DNA of 19,820 nt, from NCBI GenBank assembly GCA_034723415.1, contig JAYEOX010000035.1, positions 1 to 19,820 of the forward strand. Direction: 5' to 3'. Both the position numbers and the translations under genes were made by a program. Below, one piece after another: positions 7,014 through 19,820 of this stretch. Each line of letters starts with the position of its first letter. The first letter of the stretch is position 1. This DNA is from Fidelibacterota bacterium (GTDB lineage: Bacteria > Fidelibacterota > Fidelibacteria > Fidelibacterales > Fidelibacteraceae). Under the pieces are notes generated by a model. It was not told where the DNA came from. It saw only the letters and a program-made list of their open reading frames with translations, and did not search any database.

Positions 7014-8258
7014 TTATTTCAAACTATGAATAATCAAACCACTTCTTAACTTTGGTTCAAACCAAGTTGATTTTGGAGGCATTAATTTTTCTGCATCTGC
7101 AATTGACATTAACTGTTCGATTGAGGTAGGATAGAGCGCAAAGGCAACTTTCATTTTACCCGAATTTACATTTCTTTCCAATTCTTTTAATCCTCTAATT
7201 CCGCCAATAAAGTCAATTCTTTCATCTTTTCTAGGATCACCTATATTTAATATTGGTGTTAATAAATTATCAGATAAAATTGAAATGTCTAAATTCTTAA
7301 CTACATCATCTTTGTTAAAAGAATCAGGTTTCGCAATTAATTTATACCATTTTCCATTTAAATACATTCCAAAAGTATAAGGAGAATTTGGCTTTGCTTC
7401 TTTTATAGAAATTGGACCGTTAATTTTGAAATTGCTTTTAATTGAATTAATGAATTCTGATTCTGAAAGTCCATTTAAGTCTTTTACTACACGATTATAA
7501 TCCAATATTTTTAATTGATTGTGTGGAAATAATACAGTTAAAAACCAATTATATTCTTCCTTGCCGGTATGATTTTCATTTTCTTCTGCAAGTAATTCGC
7601 TTACCATTGCTGCAGATTTTGTTCTGTGATGTCCGTCAGCAACATAAGTATAATTCATTTTTTCAAATAATTTTATTAACTGATTTGTTGTATTATGATC
7701 ATCAATTTTCCAAAATGTGTGTTGAATTTTGTCTTCTGAAATAAAATCATATTCAGGTTTTGTTTTTGCAACATCTGCAACAATTTTATCAATTGCTTCG
7801 TTAGCTTTGTAAGTTAAAAATACCGGCCCTGTATTTGCATTTGTATATTTCACATGATTTATTCTATCTTTTTCTTTTAATTCGCGTGTCAGTTCGTGAA
7901 TTTTAATTTTTTTATTTAGATAATCATTTACATTTGACACAGTTACTAAACCGTATTGTTCATGTTCACCCATTTTTTGCTTATAAATGTATAAACATTC
8001 TTTCTCATCTTGAATTAACCAATTATTATTGATCATTTTTTCTAAATTGTCTGATGCTTTTTCATATACTTTAAGATCGTAAGGATCTGTATTTTTGGGA
8101 AGATCTATTTCTGATTTTACAACATGAAGGAATGAGTATTTATTGTTTTCTGCTAATTTTTCAGCTTCTTTTGAATTTAAAACATCATATGGAAATGAAG
8201 CTATTTTTTTTTCAAGCCCCAGCTTTGGACGAATGCCCTTAAACCTCTTTATTTGCAT
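7014..8258 (-). CDS. DUF1015-family protein (ADGHHR motif)
   Basis: Family-typical PYDV, IKIHELT...KEKDR, YVADGHHR, ILDYNRVVKDLNG and MPPKSTWFEPKLRSGL. RBS AAGGAG lies on the - strand at about 8266-8271. Confidence 0.88.
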   Translation of the reverse strand: MQIKRFKGIRPKLGLEKKIASFPYDVLNSKEAEKLAENNKYSFLHVVKSEIDLPKNTDPYDLKVYEKASDNLEKMINNNWLIQDEKECLYIYKQKMGEHEQYGLVTVSNVNDYLNKKIKIHELTRELKEKDRINHVKYTNANTGPVFLTYKANEAIDKIVADVAKTKPEYDFISEDKIQHTFWKIDDHNTTNQLIKLFEKMNYTYVADGHHRTKSAAMVSELLAEENENHTGKEEYNWFLTVLFPHNQLKILDYNRVVKDLNGLSESEFINSIKSNFKINGPISIKEAKPNSPYTFGMYLNGKWYKLIAKPDSFNKDDVVKNLDISILSDNLLTPILNIGDPRKDERIDFIGGIRGLKELERNVNSGKMKVAFALYPTSIEQLMSIADAEKLMPPKSTWFEPKLRSGLIIHSLK

Positions 8259-8363
8259 TATATGACTCCTTTATTTTATTTACTCTTATTATAAAGTTAA
8301 TCAATTATAATTTTATTTACAATGATATTTAGAATTATTTTACATAAAAATTATTTGTAATAA

Positions 8364-8397
8364 AAAAAAGGCAACCTATATATAAGTTGCCTTTTTT
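8364..8397. terminator. Intrinsic terminator, potentially bidirectional
   Basis: aaaaaaggcaac-ctatatataa-gttgcctttttt: a perfect 12-bp inverted repeat with A/T tracts on both sides, 20 bp downstream of the - strand gene ending at 8418. Confidence 0.88.
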
Positions 8398-8417
8398 ATC
8401 TAATTGGAAATGAATGA

Positions 8418-8762
8418 TTAGATAAATTTTACATTATTTCTGATGAATAGAGCATAGTTAACTTTTCTTTCGTCATAATCTCTTAATGCTTTCATCGAAA
8501 CAACTGCAGTATATTTTTCTCCTTCAAAATCAATGACAATATTACCATATCCACAATTTTTATAAGATTGATCTAAAAGTTGCAATCCGATTAAAAGTGC
8601 TTCATCAAATGTTTGATCTTTAGTATCTACATTTACTGTAATTACTTTGCGATCATTGACTTCAGGTTTTACATAGTTTGCATTTAGCATTGATACGTTT
8701 AAAATTACAGTTAACATTAGTGTTGCGAATAATTTGATTTTTTTACTTTTTCTTGTTCTCAT
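8418..8762 (-). CDS. Small secreted hypothetical protein (114 aa)
   Basis: The start is reassigned to ATG 8762, which has AGGAG 6 nt upstream. MRTRKSKKIKLFATLMLTVILNVSMLNA resembles a Sec signal peptide. The gene is followed by a terminator. No family recognised. Confidence 0.7.
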   Translation of the reverse strand: MRTRKSKKIKLFATLMLTVILNVSMLNANYVKPEVNDRKVITVNVDTKDQTFDEALLIGLQLLDQSYKNCGYGNIVIDFEGEKYTAVVSMKALRDYDERKVNYALFIRNNVKFI

Positions 8763-8988
8763 TTTTTTCTCCTTTTTTTGTTTCTGATTGTTAGACAGGT
8801 ATAAGTAAATAAAGTTGTCAAAAAAAGAAGAAATTTCTGATTTTCCAAATATCCCTTTTTGTATATCAAACAACAAATTTCAATAGGTTATCACCGGTCG
8901 ATTTTAAATTTTTATCAAAAATGGATTTAATTTTTTAACAATTTATAAAAAATAATATTTTATAAATACGAGAATCTTAAATTATTTT

Positions 8989-9699
8989 TTACACTTTCAA
9001 GTTATTTGTATTTACTTTCGGCAGTGTTTCAGTTTTTCGCTTAAAATCTTTATATCCCATTAGATTAATGAAAAATAAAAGTGTAGAATAATGAATATGT
9101 TTTTTAATTTTTCTAAGAAATTTATGTATTTTTGAACGCTTCTTTTTACGATTTCCAGTTTTGTTTCTATGAGGAAAGGGCTCTTCTGGTATATCTTTAT
9201 TTAAAAAATTGCATATTTTTTCCCAACCACCATCTTTGATGATATTAATTTCCAAAAAATCATTTGGTCTGTTTTTAAAATATTCTCTAACATCTTTAAT
9301 ATGCTTATTATACACGTTTATGGTATTGGCTTTTTCGGCAGCAATCTGTCCCATTCCTTTACCATAAATCCATTCGTGCATTGGTGATATTGGACGTGGT
9401 AATTTGAAATATTTTTCAACGCTAGAAAACCATGATTCTGGTTCGCGATATGTAAAAATGAATTTACAACCTGGTATTAAATGATCTATTTTTTTATAGA
9501 TAATTGTCCAAGGATTATCTTCTACAGCATCATATCGAGAAAGCATACGATTTACTTTTTCCCATTTATTTTGCAGGATTGGCAAAAGAAGAGAAGGTTT
9601 GTTTCCTCCGACTTTATATCCTAGTATTTCTAAAGCTTTTTTTAATGAAGTTGTACCGGTTTTTTGGAAACCGATACAAATGATTTTTTGCGTTTTCAT
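8989..9699 (-). CDS. PAPS-dependent sulfotransferase family protein
   Basis: 5'-PSB loop ICIGFQKTGTTSL; AVEDNP; 3'-PB FIFTYREPESWFSS; GWEKICNFL...PFPHRN C-terminal motif. Confidence 0.85.
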   Translation of the reverse strand: MKTQKIICIGFQKTGTTSLKKALEILGYKVGGNKPSLLLPILQNKWEKVNRMLSRYDAVEDNPWTIIYKKIDHLIPGCKFIFTYREPESWFSSVEKYFKLPRPISPMHEWIYGKGMGQIAAEKANTINVYNKHIKDVREYFKNRPNDFLEINIIKDGGWEKICNFLNKDIPEEPFPHRNKTGNRKKKRSKIHKFLRKIKKHIHYSTLLFFINLMGYKDFKRKTETLPKVNTNNLKV

Positions 9700-9759
9700 A
9701 TAATTATTTTTCTATTATGCAATAAGGTCTATTTCTTTAATATAATTATATTTATTTTT

Positions 9760-10809
9760 CTATTTTTCTAATGCCTTAGCTTGCCTAAAATATTTCATAC
9801 CTTCTTCATATTTTTGTTGTCCGTTGAGTGCATTAGCCAATCGTTTCAGATATTTTGGATTTGTTGGTTCCATTTCAATTAATTGCCTATAATAAACTTC
9901 GGCAGTTATATAATCTTTAAGTTGAAGATATGTATCACCAACTACTAATATTGTTTCTTTATCGTTTGGATCGAAAGCTAAAACATTTTCAAATTGTGAT
10001 TTGGCTTCTTCTAATTTACCAAGACGAATATATGAAAGGGCTAGGTTAAAATATAGATTTTTTTTGTCTGGATGAATAGTAATTAGGTTCTTATAAACAT
10101 CAGCAGATTTTTCATATTTTTCCTGTTTGAAAAGAATTTCAGCATAAGCTTGACCAATTTTAAGATTTTCAGGGTCTTTTTCAATAACATTTTTAAATAT
10201 TGCCAAAGATTCATCTGTTTTCCCAATATTATTTAGAAACAGACCTTTTTTAGTTAGCAGATCAATGTTATTGGGAATAATTTCTAAAGCATTATTTAAA
10301 ATTTCAATAGCTTTCTCATGATTTTCTTGAAATGAAAAAACAATAGTTGCCTCTTGTAAGTATGCTTTTGGATTATTTGGTTTAAATAATTGAGCTGTTT
10401 GAAATTTTTCAATTGAGTTAGCAATAGTTGTTTCTTTATCATCATATTTGTTTTTAACAAGAAAATTGTAATATTTTACACCTTCATTAAAAGCCATACT
10501 CCAATAATATTCGTTTAATTTTTCAATATTTGCTTTAAATGTTTTACCTCTTTTAAGTGACTCGTTAAAATACTTATTTACATTTTTGTAATCTTTTGCA
10601 GGTCCATATACATCTCTAGCTAATCTAAAAGGTATTTCAGGATTTGTCGGTTCAGATTTCATTGCTTTTAAAAAGAATTCTTCTGCTTTGTCCATTTGTT
10701 TTTGTTGAACATACATTTTTGCAGAAGTGAACTCGGGTGTATCACAAGCTGTAAATAAAAATGCAACAGCTATTAACATAATAATTAACATTAAACTTTT
10801 TGTTTTCAT
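9760..10809 (-). CDS. TPR-repeat lipoprotein
   Basis: Lipobox LFTA-C22 after a hydrophobic stretch; multiple TPR helical repeats (e.g. LYFNLALSYIRLGKLEEAKSQFENVLAFDPN); RBS AGGAG upstream. Confidence 0.85.
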   Translation of the reverse strand: MKTKSLMLIIMLIAVAFLFTACDTPEFTSAKMYVQQKQMDKAEEFFLKAMKSEPTNPEIPFRLARDVYGPAKDYKNVNKYFNESLKRGKTFKANIEKLNEYYWSMAFNEGVKYYNFLVKNKYDDKETTIANSIEKFQTAQLFKPNNPKAYLQEATIVFSFQENHEKAIEILNNALEIIPNNIDLLTKKGLFLNNIGKTDESLAIFKNVIEKDPENLKIGQAYAEILFKQEKYEKSADVYKNLITIHPDKKNLYFNLALSYIRLGKLEEAKSQFENVLAFDPNDKETILVVGDTYLQLKDYITAEVYYRQLIEMEPTNPKYLKRLANALNGQQKYEEGMKYFRQAKALEK

Positions 10810-11066
10810 TTTTTTTCTCCTTTATTTTTAGTAAAATATATTAAAAAAAAGTTATTTATCAAAATATTTAATAATTTTTATTTAATTTTATATAAATGAG
10901 AATAAATTTTGTAAAAAATATTAATAAATATGTTTAATTTTCATTTTTTTTATACTTTTAATTGTGTATCTTATTCCGTAAATGTATGGTCAAATACTGT
11001 TGACGAAATATTATAAAAATATGAAAAATCATAAAAATTATAACATAAAAAAAATCAAGGAAATAT

Positions 11067-12500
11067 ATGTGCGGAATTATTGGAATTAATGATAAGCAGA
11101 ATGTTACTTCAGAAATTATTCATGGATTAACTGCTTTACAGCATCGTGGTCAGGATTCAGCAGGTATAGTTACTTTTGATGGGAATTTTAAAATAAAGAA
11201 AGGTGCCGGTCAAGTCAGTTCTGTTTTCCAAAATGTAGATCTAAATAAAATGCAAGGTAATTGTGGGCTTGGTCATGTTCGTTATGCTACAGTTGGTTCG
11301 ACGGAAGAAATTGATGCTCAGCCATTTGCAGTAAATTATCCATTTGGTTTAGCTATGGTTCACAATGGTAATGTTATAAATTTCAATTCACTTCGAAAAG
11401 AGTTAAATGAAGAGCACAAAAGATTAATTGATACTTCAAATGATGTTGAATTGATTCTATACACTTTTGCTGCAAATTTAGAAAAAAAGGACTTGAAAAA
11501 TATTTCTGTTGAAAATATTTTTGATACTGTTGAAGCAGTTCAAAGATCTGTTAAAGGCGCATATTCAGTTTTGACTATTATTGCTAATCAGGGTTTTTTA
11601 GCTTTTACAGATCCCTATGGAATTAGACCGCTTATCATGGCAAAAAAACATACTAAAAATGGCGTAACTTACGCTTTTGCTTCAGAAACAAGTGTTTTTG
11701 ATTATCTTGGATATGAAGTGATAAGAGATCTGGAAGCTGGTGAAGCGGTGTTTATTGATAATGATAATAAAATTCATTCGCGTATATTGAAACAAATAAA
11801 ACCGGCGTTTTGTGTTTTTGAATATATTTATTTTGCTCGTGAAGATTCTATTTTTCATAATCGTTTAGTAGCATCAGAAAGAGTTAAAATGGGGAAAATG
11901 TTAGCGAAGAATTTGAAAAAAAGTGGGATAAAACCTGATATAATTATTGATGTTCCAAATTCTGCGTATTTTTTTGCTTCAGGTTTAGCGGAGAAAGCCG
12001 GTATTCCCTATAGACGTGGATTAGCAAAAAATAATTTTATTGGCAGAAGTTTTATTACACCTAATCAAAAGAAGAGAGAAAGTGTTGTAAAGCAGAAATT
12101 AAATCCTATAAAAGATATTATTAAAAGCCATAAAATAGCAGTTGTAGATGATTCCATTGTTAGAGGAACTACTTCTCGACATTTAGTAAATCTATTAAAA
12201 AAATATGGAGCAAAAGAGGTATATTTTATTTCGGCTTCTCCACCAATAAAATTTCCTTGTATTTATGGAATAGATATGTCTGTAAAAAAAGAGATGATAG
12301 CAGCAACAAAAAATAAGAAGCAAATAGCAGAATCTATAAATGCAGATGAAGTAATTTATCAATCATTGGAAGATTTGCAAGAGATGTATTCGGATCTTCC
12401 GATTTGTGATGCATGCTTTTCAGGAAATTATCCAACTGGAATAACAAAAGATTTATTAGAGCAAATTGAAGCAGAAAAATTAAAATCCGATCGTGTATAG
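11067..12500 (+). CDS. purF: Amidophosphoribosyltransferase
   Basis: N-terminal MCGIIG nucleophile, LQHRGQDSAG, GHVRYAT, HNGN, CVFEYIYFAR, PRPP site VVDDSIVRGTTS, YGIDM and CDACF. RBS AAGGA upstream. Confidence 0.97.
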   Translation: MCGIIGINDKQNVTSEIIHGLTALQHRGQDSAGIVTFDGNFKIKKGAGQVSSVFQNVDLNKMQGNCGLGHVRYATVGSTEEIDAQPFAVNYPFGLAMVHNGNVINFNSLRKELNEEHKRLIDTSNDVELILYTFAANLEKKDLKNISVENIFDTVEAVQRSVKGAYSVLTIIANQGFLAFTDPYGIRPLIMAKKHTKNGVTYAFASETSVFDYLGYEVIRDLEAGEAVFIDNDNKIHSRILKQIKPAFCVFEYIYFAREDSIFHNRLVASERVKMGKMLAKNLKKSGIKPDIIIDVPNSAYFFASGLAEKAGIPYRRGLAKNNFIGRSFITPNQKKRESVVKQKLNPIKDIIKSHKIAVVDDSIVRGTTSRHLVNLLKKYGAKEVYFISASPPIKFPCIYGIDMSVKKEMIAATKNKKQIAESINADEVIYQSLEDLQEMYSDLPICDACFSGNYPTGITKDLLEQIEAEKLKSDRV

Positions 12501-12504
12501 AGAG

Positions 12505-14009
<1,505 letters not shown>

Positions 14010-14021
14010 TTAAAAATAAAC

Positions 14022-15575
14022 ATGAATAATGAATTAGATAAAATATTAATATTGGATTTTGGTTCACAATACACGCAACTCATTGCTCGTAGAATTCGAG
14101 AAATGAATGTTTACTGTGAAATTCACGCTTACAATTTTTCAATTGATGAAATATTAAGATTTTCACCTAAAGGAATAATTTTATCCGGCAGTCCTTTTAG
14201 TGTTTTAAGTGAAAATGCACCAATTATGGATGAAAAAATATTTGATATGAATATCCCAATATTAGGAATATGTTATGGGTTGCAATTAATAGCTAAACAT
14301 TTTAATGGCAAAGTTGAGAAAACTACTAAAAAAGAATATGGGAAAGCGAAACTAATACTTAAACAAGAAAATGAATTGTTTAAGCATGTTTTTGAAGAGC
14401 ATAATTTTATCAATGTGTGGATGAGTCACGGTGACAAAGTTCTCGCACTGCCAGCTAATTTTGAAGTTATTGCAAAGACATCAAATTCTCCAATTGCAGT
14501 TATTAAACATCAAAACAAGTCAATTTATGCACTTCAATTTCATCCGGAAGTAATGCACACGGAAGATAATAATAAAATATTGAATAATTTTGTGATGAGT
14601 ATCTGTAAAGTAAATGCAAATTGGACAGCAAAGAATTTCATTAATAAAGAATTAAGTACAATTCAGAAGATGGTTGGAGGTAAACAAGTTATTTGTGGTC
14701 TATCAGGTGGAGTTGATTCTTCTGTTGTTGCATTATTACTTCACAGGGCAATAGGAAATAATTTAACTTGTATATTTGTTAATACCGGATTGCTACGGTT
14801 AAATGAAGCGGAAGAAGTAAGAAAAGTATTTAAAGAGAATTATAAGATAAATTTGATCTATGTTAATGCGAAAAAAAGATTTTTAAACGCTTTAAAAGGA
14901 GTGGTAAATCCTGAAGTAAAAAGAAAAATAATCGGGAAATTATTTATTGAAATATTTGAAGAAGAGGGAAAGAAAATCGGCGATATTAATTTTCTCGCAC
15001 AAGGAACTTTGTATCCCGATGTTATCGAATCAATTTCATTCAAAGGTCCCTCTGCGACAATAAAATCTCATCACAATGTTGGTGGTTTGCCTGAAAAAAT
15101 GAATTTAAAATTAATTGAACCGTTGCGTGAATTATTTAAAGATGAAGTTCGTGAAGTTGGTAAAGAATTGGGCTTGATAGATAAAATATTATATCGACAT
15201 CCGTTTCCTGGTCCGGGTTTAGCAATTAGAATTATTGGAAAAGTAACAGAAAAGATGTGTGATATGTTGCGAAAAGCAGACAACATTGCTATGACAGAAT
15301 TCAGGAATAATAATCTTTATGATAAAATATGGCAAGCATTTTGTGTACTGTTACCTGTAAAAACCGTGGGAGTTATGGGAGATGAAAGATCTTATGAGAA
15401 TGTTATTGCATTAAGAGCAGTTACAAGTACTGATGGAATGACAGCTGATTGGTCAAAAATCCCTTATAATATTTTGGGAATAATTTCCAACCGAATAATT
15501 AATGAAGTTGAAGGAATAAATAGAGTTGTTTATGATATAAGTTCAAAACCACCAGCTACAATAGAATGGGAATGA
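14022..15575 (+). CDS. guaA: GMP synthase (glutamine-hydrolysing)
   Basis: [57 protein letters not shown] and KPPATIEWE. Confidence 0.98.
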   Translation: MNNELDKILILDFGSQYTQLIARRIREMNVYCEIHAYNFSIDEILRFSPKGIILSGSPFSVLSENAPIMDEKIFDMNIPILGICYGLQLIAKHFNGKVEKTTKKEYGKAKLILKQENELFKHVFEEHNFINVWMSHGDKVLALPANFEVIAKTSNSPIAVIKHQNKSIYALQFHPEVMHTEDNNKILNNFVMSICKVNANWTAKNFINKELSTIQKMVGGKQVICGLSGGVDSSVVALLLHRAIGNNLTCIFVNTGLLRLNEAEEVRKVFKENYKINLIYVNAKKRFLNALKGVVNPEVKRKIIGKLFIEIFEEEGKKIGDINFLAQGTLYPDVIESISFKGPSATIKSHHNVGGLPEKMNLKLIEPLRELFKDEVREVGKELGLIDKILYRHPFPGPGLAIRIIGKVTEKMCDMLRKADNIAMTEFRNNNLYDKIWQAFCVLLPVKTVGVMGDERSYENVIALRAVTSTDGMTADWSKIPYNILGIISNRIINEVEGINRVVYDISSKPPATIEWE

Positions 15576-15619
15576 AGAATTAAGAATTAAGAATTAAGAA
15601 TGAGAGAATGAATAATGAA
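15570..15619 (+). repeat. Heptamer tandem repeat GAAT(T/G)AA overlapping the guaA stop
   Basis: gaatgaa gaattaa gaattaa gaattaa gaatgag a gaatgaa taatgaa. Confidence 0.9.
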
Positions 15620-15666
15620 AAACTACGAAATAGTTGGATGTTGAGAGAAAATAGAAACTTAGAGAT

Positions 15667-15687
15667 AATTACGAATTACGAATTATG
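15667..15687 (+). repeat. Heptamer tandem repeat AATTACG overlapping the tilS start
   Basis: aattacg aattacg aattATG; a related unit (aactacg) lies at 15621-15627. Confidence 0.85.
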
Positions 15688-17079
15688 AAAAAGAAATGGT
15701 CAAAATTAGCACAGAAAGTTCATCAGAATATAATTTTGAACAATTTATTATTTAAAGGTAAAAAAATATTAATTGCTTTTTCCGGTGGACGAGATTCTAT
15801 TGTTTTATTTAACATTTTATTAGAATTAAAGCCAACTTGGAAATGGAAATTTATTTTAGGACATATTAATCATAGTTTAAGAGTTGATGAAGATGAGAAA
15901 GAAACAAATTTCTGTAGAAATATCGCCCAAAAATATAATATTAAGTTGTTAGAAAAAAAAATTGATGTCAAGGAATATGCAAGGGAAAATAGTATTTCAA
16001 TAGAAGATGCAGCAAGAAAACTGCGTTATGATGTGTTTGATAAATGGATGAATAATAATTCAATCGATTTTTTGGTTACCGGTCACCATCAGAGCGATCA
16101 AGCAGAGACAATAATGTACCGTCTTTTAACTGGTTCCGGATTTAATGGATTAAGTGGAATACCTAATAAGCGTGGGAAAATAATCAGACCGATTTTGGAT
16201 GTTACGAGAGAAGAGATTAATGATTATATTAAGGAAAATAAATTAGATTTTATGGAAGATAGTTCAAATAGTGACAGTAATTTTCAGCGTAATCGGATTA
16301 GAAATAAAATTATTCCCTTTATTCAGAAAAATGGTTTTAAGCAAATAGAATCAAATTTAGCGAAGAGTGGTTCATCAATTGTATCTGCAAAAATTGCAAT
16401 AAATTATTTTATTGACAAGGAATTTGACGATTTAATTAGTAATAAAAATGGAAATTATAAATTCAAAATAAGTGAGATTGAGAGGTTACCAAGTTTTGCA
16501 ATTGATGAAATATTTAAATTGATATTTAAAAAATTACTAAATATCGAAAAACATATATCTCAAAAGGAAATATTACAGTTAAAATATTTTATTTTTAAAT
16601 CTGAAACGGGAAGTATTTATAAAGTTGAGAATAATTATCAGTTTATTATTAATAGAGGCAATATTTTAATTTCGAAAAGTGTAGAAGATTATAATAATAA
16701 ATTAGATATAAATGGGAAACCAATCAAAATAAATGATATAGGGACTATTAATATTAAAAAGGTGAAAAAAATTAAAAGGGAAAAAGATTTAAATTTAAAT
16801 TGTGAATATTTTAATGTAGATATTGCAGATAATAATTTGTATATTACAAATTGGCAAAATGGTGACAGAATGGTACCATTTGGAATGAAAAAGAGTAAAA
16901 AGGTGAGTGATATTTTGACAAATGCAAAGATAGATGTTAATAAAAGAATAAAATATCCTGTAATTTTTGCAGACAATGAAATAGTTTGGATTCCGGGAGT
17001 TAAAAGGGCAGAGAAATTTAGAATTAATAATTTCAACGATTTTGCATATGAGATTATTTTTAAGCAAGATAGTAAATAA
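15685..17079 (+). CDS. tilS: tRNA(Ile)-lysidine synthetase
   Basis: AFSGGRDS PP-loop, HINHSLR, AARKLRY, TGHHQSDQAET, IIRPIL, EDSSN and RNRIR, plus the TilS C-terminal domain (WQNGDRM.PFGM..SKKVSD). Confidence 0.95.
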   Translation: MKKKWSKLAQKVHQNIILNNLLFKGKKILIAFSGGRDSIVLFNILLELKPTWKWKFILGHINHSLRVDEDEKETNFCRNIAQKYNIKLLEKKIDVKEYARENSISIEDAARKLRYDVFDKWMNNNSIDFLVTGHHQSDQAETIMYRLLTGSGFNGLSGIPNKRGKIIRPILDVTREEINDYIKENKLDFMEDSSNSDSNFQRNRIRNKIIPFIQKNGFKQIESNLAKSGSSIVSAKIAINYFIDKEFDDLISNKNGNYKFKISEIERLPSFAIDEIFKLIFKKLLNIEKHISQKEILQLKYFIFKSETGSIYKVENNYQFIINRGNILISKSVEDYNNKLDINGKPIKINDIGTINIKKVKKIKREKDLNLNCEYFNVDIADNNLYITNWQNGDRMVPFGMKKSKKVSDILTNAKIDVNKRIKYPVIFADNEIVWIPGVKRAEKFRINNFNDFAYEIIFKQDSK

Positions 17080-17085
17080 ATATAA

Positions 17086-17703
17086 GTGTTAAATAAACCA
17101 ATAAGTGTAATGAAAGAAAAACAATTTATAGTATTTGATTCAGAAAAAAAGAGTAAAATTCCATTCAAATTATATATTAAAGAAAAAACAATTCAGAAAA
17201 GAATTAATGAAATAGGTAAAGTAATTTCAAAGGATTTTAAAAATAATAAATTGCCACCTATTTTAATAGGCGTATTAAATGGATGTCTATTTTTTATGTC
17301 AGATTTAATGAAAGCGACAACAATAGAAATGGAAATGGATTTTATTAAGGTATCATCATATCGTGGTACTTCATCAACCGGTAATGTACGATTAATAAAA
17401 GATATTAGTGCTCAAATAGTGAATAGAGATATTATTATAGTAGAAGATATAATTGATACGGGATTAACAATTAATTTTTTACGAAAACATTTTAATAGTA
17501 ATTCTCCAGCATCAATAAGTATTATTACATTGCTTTATAAAAAAGAAATAAGTGAGATGGAAATTGAACCAAATTATTATGGATTTATTATTCCGAATAA
17601 ATTTGTAATTGGTTATGGATTAGATTATAAACAAAAATATCGTAGATTAAGAGATATTTATGTAATAGATGAGGAATATAAAAAAGACAATAATATAAAA
17701 TAA
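17086..17703 (+). CDS. hpt: Hypoxanthine phosphoribosyltransferase
   Basis: LIGVLNG, VSSY, IVEDIIDTGLT and FVIGYGLDY, in the tilS-hpt-ftsH context. The start is uncertain (GTG 17086 or ATG 17110). Confidence 0.93.
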   Translation: MLNKPISVMKEKQFIVFDSEKKSKIPFKLYIKEKTIQKRINEIGKVISKDFKNNKLPPILIGVLNGCLFFMSDLMKATTIEMEMDFIKVSSYRGTSSTGNVRLIKDISAQIVNRDIIIVEDIIDTGLTINFLRKHFNSNSPASISIITLLYKKEISEMEIEPNYYGFIIPNKFVIGYGLDYKQKYRRLRDIYVIDEEYKKDNNIK

Positions 17704-17717
17704 GTAACAGGTATTAA

Positions 17718-19820
<2,103 letters not shown>

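Noticed and set aside
8763..8876. N-terminal 38 aa of the 152-aa ORF-track call
   Set aside because: ATG 8762 has a strong AGGAG RBS and begins a signal peptide, so the upstream TTG extension is probably non-coding.
7014..10809. Minus-strand block as a genomic island or prophage
   Set aside because: There is no integrase, tRNA, flanking direct repeat or phage gene, and composition looks similar to the flanks.
10960..11030. Purine riboswitch or sigma70 promoter upstream of purF (ccgtaaa, tatgg, TTGACG at 11000)
   Set aside because: The loop-like motifs are in the wrong order, with no supporting stems or TTTCTACC junction. The -35-like hexamer lacks a convincing -10 at 16-18 bp, and the region is too AT-rich to call.
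16689..17168. 159-aa antisense ORF and the other short shadow ORFs in the track (e.g. 253-612, 3393-3761, 13295-13615)
   Set aside because: They overlap well-supported genes on the opposite strand or in another frame, have no recognisable motifs, and are typical antisense shadows.

Overview
AT-rich (roughly 27-29% GC by eye) bacterial chromosomal window from an LPS-producing diderm. Gene content and style suggest the FCB group (Marinimicrobia/Ignavibacteria-like); this is inference only. The first + strand cluster holds a partial GT9 heptosyltransferase, waaA, two ECF-type ABC ATPases, a single 525-aa ORF fusing a PgsA-like CDP-alcohol phosphatidyltransferase to the SRP receptor FtsY, and rimO. 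A - strand block follows (DUF1015-like protein, small secreted protein, sulfotransferase, TPR lipoprotein). The second + strand cluster is purF-guaB-guaA-tilS-hpt-ftsH-folP (partial). Three observations stand out: (1) the PgsA-FtsY fusion; (2) five short-period (7/8/9-nt) repeat patches at gene junctions inside the housekeeping clusters, one translated into the WaaA N-terminus and one arranged as an empty inverted pair; (3) strong CCGG over-representation. No rRNA, tRNA, CRISPR array or transposase was recognised.
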